Below are positions 61,156-64,000 of a stretch of DNA of 64,000 nt, one piece after another. Position 1 is the stretch's first letter; each line of letters begins with the position of its first letter. The stretch comes from an uncultured virus (IMG/VR IMGVR_UViG_3300027782_000042) (taxonomy: Duplodnaviria; Heunggongvirae; Uroviricota; Caudoviricetes): IMG/VR virus record IMGVR_UViG_3300027782_000042. One strand, given 5' to 3'. The notes beneath the pieces are model-generated. The model made no database searches. It worked only from the letters and a program-made list of their open reading frames with translations, and had not been told where the DNA came from. Position numbers and translations under genes: made by a program.

Positions 61156-62825
61156 TAACATTAGTAACAGGTTTATGGGATATCGGTAGAGGTAATATGA
61201 CAGAGGGTTGGTCAAGAAACTTTGATTTTTATTTAGAAAAATTTAAAGAACTGTTAAAGATTGATTGTAACATGATAATTTTTGGCGATATAGAATTACA
61301 AAAATTTGTTACTGATCAAAACAGAGACTTAAATAAAACTAGGTTTATATTAAGAGATTTAAGTTGGTTTAGAAATAACGATTACTATGAAAAAATACAA
61401 ACCATAAGAACAAATCCTAATTGGTATAACCAAGTTGGTTGGTTAAAAGACTCGACACAAGGTAAGTTAGAAATGTATAACCCATTAGTTATGTCTAAAA
61501 TGTTTTTATTACATGACGCAATGTTACTTGATCCTTTTAATTCTGAAAAACTTTATTGGATAGATGCCGGATTAACAAACACAGTTAGTGTTGGTTATTT
61601 TACTCATGATAATGTTTTAGAAAAAATAAATAAAACATTTAATAACTTTACGTTTATATGTTTTCCGTATGAAACAAATACTGAAGTACACGGATTTGAG
61701 ATAAATAAAATGACAGATCATATTGGTAAAAAACCAAATATGGTATCAAGAGGAGGATTTTTTGGGGGGACCAAAGAAACAATTTCCCAAATGAATTCAT
61801 TATATTATCAATTATTGTTTCAAACCTTGAACTACGGTTTAATGGGTACAGAAGAAAGTTTATTCACAATTTTAACCTACACTCAACCTAATATAATTGA
61901 TTACGTAAAAATAGAATCAAATGGGTTATTATATAAATTTTTTGAGGATGTTAAAACCAACAATGTGGTCATAGAAAATAAAAAACCAAAAATAATAACT
62001 AACAATGAAAATAATGGGGGGGTTGGTTTATACGTGATAACATTTAATTCTCCTAAACAGTTTGAAGTTTTGGTTGAGTCTATGATGGAATATGATCCTT
62101 CATTTATATCCAAAACCAAAAAATTTTTATTAGATAATTCAACTGATTTAACAACAACAAATGAATACTTGAGAATTTGTGAGATGTATGGTTTTGTTCA
62201 CATAAAAAAGGATAATATTGGAATAACAGGTGGTAGGCAGTTTATTGCTGAGCACTTTAACAAACAAAATGATCTATCAACATATTATTTTTTTGAGGAC
62301 GATATGGCTTTCTACCCAAAGGAAAGTGATACATGTAAAAATGGTTTTAATCGATTTGTTAAAAATTTATTTAACATAACTCAAGAAATAATAAAAAAAG
62401 AAAATTTTGATTTTTTAAAATTAAATTTTACTGAATTTTTTGGTAGTCACGATAAACAATGGGCTTGGTATAATGTTCCCCAAAGTTTTAGGGAATCTCA
62501 TTGGGAAAATAATAAATTATTGCCAAAACAAGGTCTTGACCCTAATTCACCAAACTTAGAATATAAACATATAAAATCACATAAAGGGGTCCCATATGCT
62601 AGCGGTGAAGTTTATTTATCTAATTGGCCGATATTAATGACAAAGGAAGGAAATTATAAATGTTATATTAAAACAAAATTTCAAAACCCATATGAACAAA
62701 CATTAATGAGTCATTGTTATCAAGAAACAATTAAAGGAAACATTAATCCATCTGTTTTATTACTTACACCAACGGAACATAATAGATTTGATTTTTATAG
62801 TTCCGATTTAAGAAAAGAATGTTAG
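61152..62825 (+). CDS. HtrL/YibB-like domain fused to GT-A-like domain
   Basis: ITLVTGLWDIGR, YWIDAG, GGFFGG, GTEESLF; second domain LYVITFNSP...FFEDDM. Confidence 0.7.
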   Translation: MITLVTGLWDIGRGNMTEGWSRNFDFYLEKFKELLKIDCNMIIFGDIELQKFVTDQNRDLNKTRFILRDLSWFRNNDYYEKIQTIRTNPNWYNQVGWLKDSTQGKLEMYNPLVMSKMFLLHDAMLLDPFNSEKLYWIDAGLTNTVSVGYFTHDNVLEKINKTFNNFTFICFPYETNTEVHGFEINKMTDHIGKKPNMVSRGGFFGGTKETISQMNSLYYQLLFQTLNYGLMGTEESLFTILTYTQPNIIDYVKIESNGLLYKFFEDVKTNNVVIENKKPKIITNNENNGGVGLYVITFNSPKQFEVLVESMMEYDPSFISKTKKFLLDNSTDLTTTNEYLRICEMYGFVHIKKDNIGITGGRQFIAEHFNKQNDLSTYYFFEDDMAFYPKESDTCKNGFNRFVKNLFNITQEIIKKENFDFLKLNFTEFFGSHDKQWAWYNVPQSFRESHWENNKLLPKQGLDPNSPNLEYKHIKSHKGVPYASGEVYLSNWPILMTKEGNYKCYIKTKFQNPYEQTLMSHCYQETIKGNINPSVLLLTPTEHNRFDFYSSDLRKEC

Positions 62826-62853
62826 TTGTTATATTTATAATTAAAAACAATTA

Positions 62854-63921
62854 ATGGAATTCTTTATTAAGAAAAACGCTACATTACCAATTTTAAAAAT
62901 GCAAGTTGTTAAAGATGGTCGTAGTGATTTCAATAAAATGATGGGACTAATCGAAAATTCCGCCATATTCTTTTCTATGGTGGATATAGAAACAGGTATT
63001 CCTAAAATTACAACTAGACCTGCGGGGTTTGTATCTAAAAAAATGTTAGACCCAAATGCCGATCCTGAATATTATGTTTACTATCAATTTACAAATAAAG
63101 ACACAAGAAAAGTTGGTAGGTATGAAGGCCAATTTCTATTAAGAAATGAAGATGGTGTTTTAATATTACCAATAAGAGATAAGTTATTTATTAACATACA
63201 AGAAAGTTTTATTGCGGAAGACCTTCCATATGACAGTTGCTATGTTAGTGAATTTCCTTGTTGTATTTTACCAACCCCCACACCATCACCAAACCCCACA
63301 CCAATAGTAACAACTACAACAACATTTCAACCAACACCAACACCTTCACCATTACCTTTAGAGGTTGTTTTAAATGTGATAATCACACCAGGATCCACAA
63401 TAATAGACTATAATCTTACGTCAAATATTCCATTTGATGATCCAATATTAGTTTATTTTAATCATACTCTTAATGTTTACACAGGTTCTCCAATAAATAT
63501 TATAACAGGAGTTACAATATCTGTCGGAGAAATTTTTGGTAACACACAAGTTATTTTAGAAGAAAATTTTAATAATTTAACAAGAATAGATACTTTTAGT
63601 AATATAATTACCTACCCAAACCCTCTTAATCTTACTATAATAGAAAATTATCCTGTAACACCAACACCAACACCAACGGTAACGCCTACCAACACACCAA
63701 CATTAACACCAACACCAACCCCTACACCAACATCGGTTATAGAGATTTTAATTAACCCTATAATAACTGAGAACGGAGAATATATTGATGTTGGTGGGAA
63801 TTTTTATTTAATGTTTGTAGATCCACCACCTCAAGAGTTAATAAACCCGTTAATTGTTGGTAATGATGAATATTTAATTATTGGTGACGAAGAATATTTA
63901 GAATTTGTAGATCCAATATAA
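62854..63921 (+). CDS. BppU-N-like structural protein with PT linkers
   Basis: MEFFIKKNATLPILKMQV...YYQF...DT..VGRYEGQF; two PT tracts; late motif at 62832. Confidence 0.55.
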   Translation: MEFFIKKNATLPILKMQVVKDGRSDFNKMMGLIENSAIFFSMVDIETGIPKITTRPAGFVSKKMLDPNADPEYYVYYQFTNKDTRKVGRYEGQFLLRNEDGVLILPIRDKLFINIQESFIAEDLPYDSCYVSEFPCCILPTPTPSPNPTPIVTTTTTFQPTPTPSPLPLEVVLNVIITPGSTIIDYNLTSNIPFDDPILVYFNHTLNVYTGSPINIITGVTISVGEIFGNTQVILEENFNNLTRIDTFSNIITYPNPLNLTIIENYPVTPTPTPTVTPTNTPTLTPTPTPTPTSVIEILINPIITENGEYIDVGGNFYLMFVDPPPQELINPLIVGNDEYLIIGDEEYLEFVDPI

Positions 63922-63955
63922 AACTTTAAACTATTTATATAATAAAAAACAAATT

Positions 63956-64000
63956 ATGGCATTAACAGGAAAAACAATTGGGGAATTATCATACCTACAA
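63956..64000 (+). CDS. Start of CDS truncated by window end
   Basis: MALTGKTIGELSYLQ...; TATTTATA at 63932-63939. Confidence 0.55.
   Translation, partial: MALTGKTIGELSYLQ

Noticed and set aside
1..64000. Stop-codon reassignment as in some Bacteroidota megaphages
   Set aside because: Core genes are full length in code 11, and TAG (3047, 62825) and TGA (36113, 41528) terminate genes at sensible boundaries.

Overview
AT-rich, gene-dense 64 kb segment of a large T4-like (jumbo/huge) phage. The host is most likely Bacteroidota: TAnnTTTG promoters, no Shine-Dalgarno motifs, Gln-start signal peptides, a T9SS-cargo-like protein and a Bacteroidota-type bS21. It uses standard code 11. The head module runs large terminase, portal, prohead protease, scaffold, major capsid protein, with an unannotated ribosomal protein bS21 gene inverted inside it. 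Also present: a gp55-like late sigma factor, a gp5-like baseplate hub, a tmRNA with an unusual tag, a ClpC-like ATPase, and an ~870 nt structured ncRNA behind rRNA-like tandem promoters and a boxA. A ~13 kb sugar-modification/glycosyltransferase cluster and a second GT trio sit beside Pro/Thr mucin-like, Cys-rich probable virion proteins. Best novelty candidates: a putative phage mucin-type virion O-glycosylation system, repeated convergent pairs of a capsid-targeted protein and a secreted protein, the large ncRNA, and the late-expressed T9SS-like cargo. All calls are by eye from motifs; no database searches were run.
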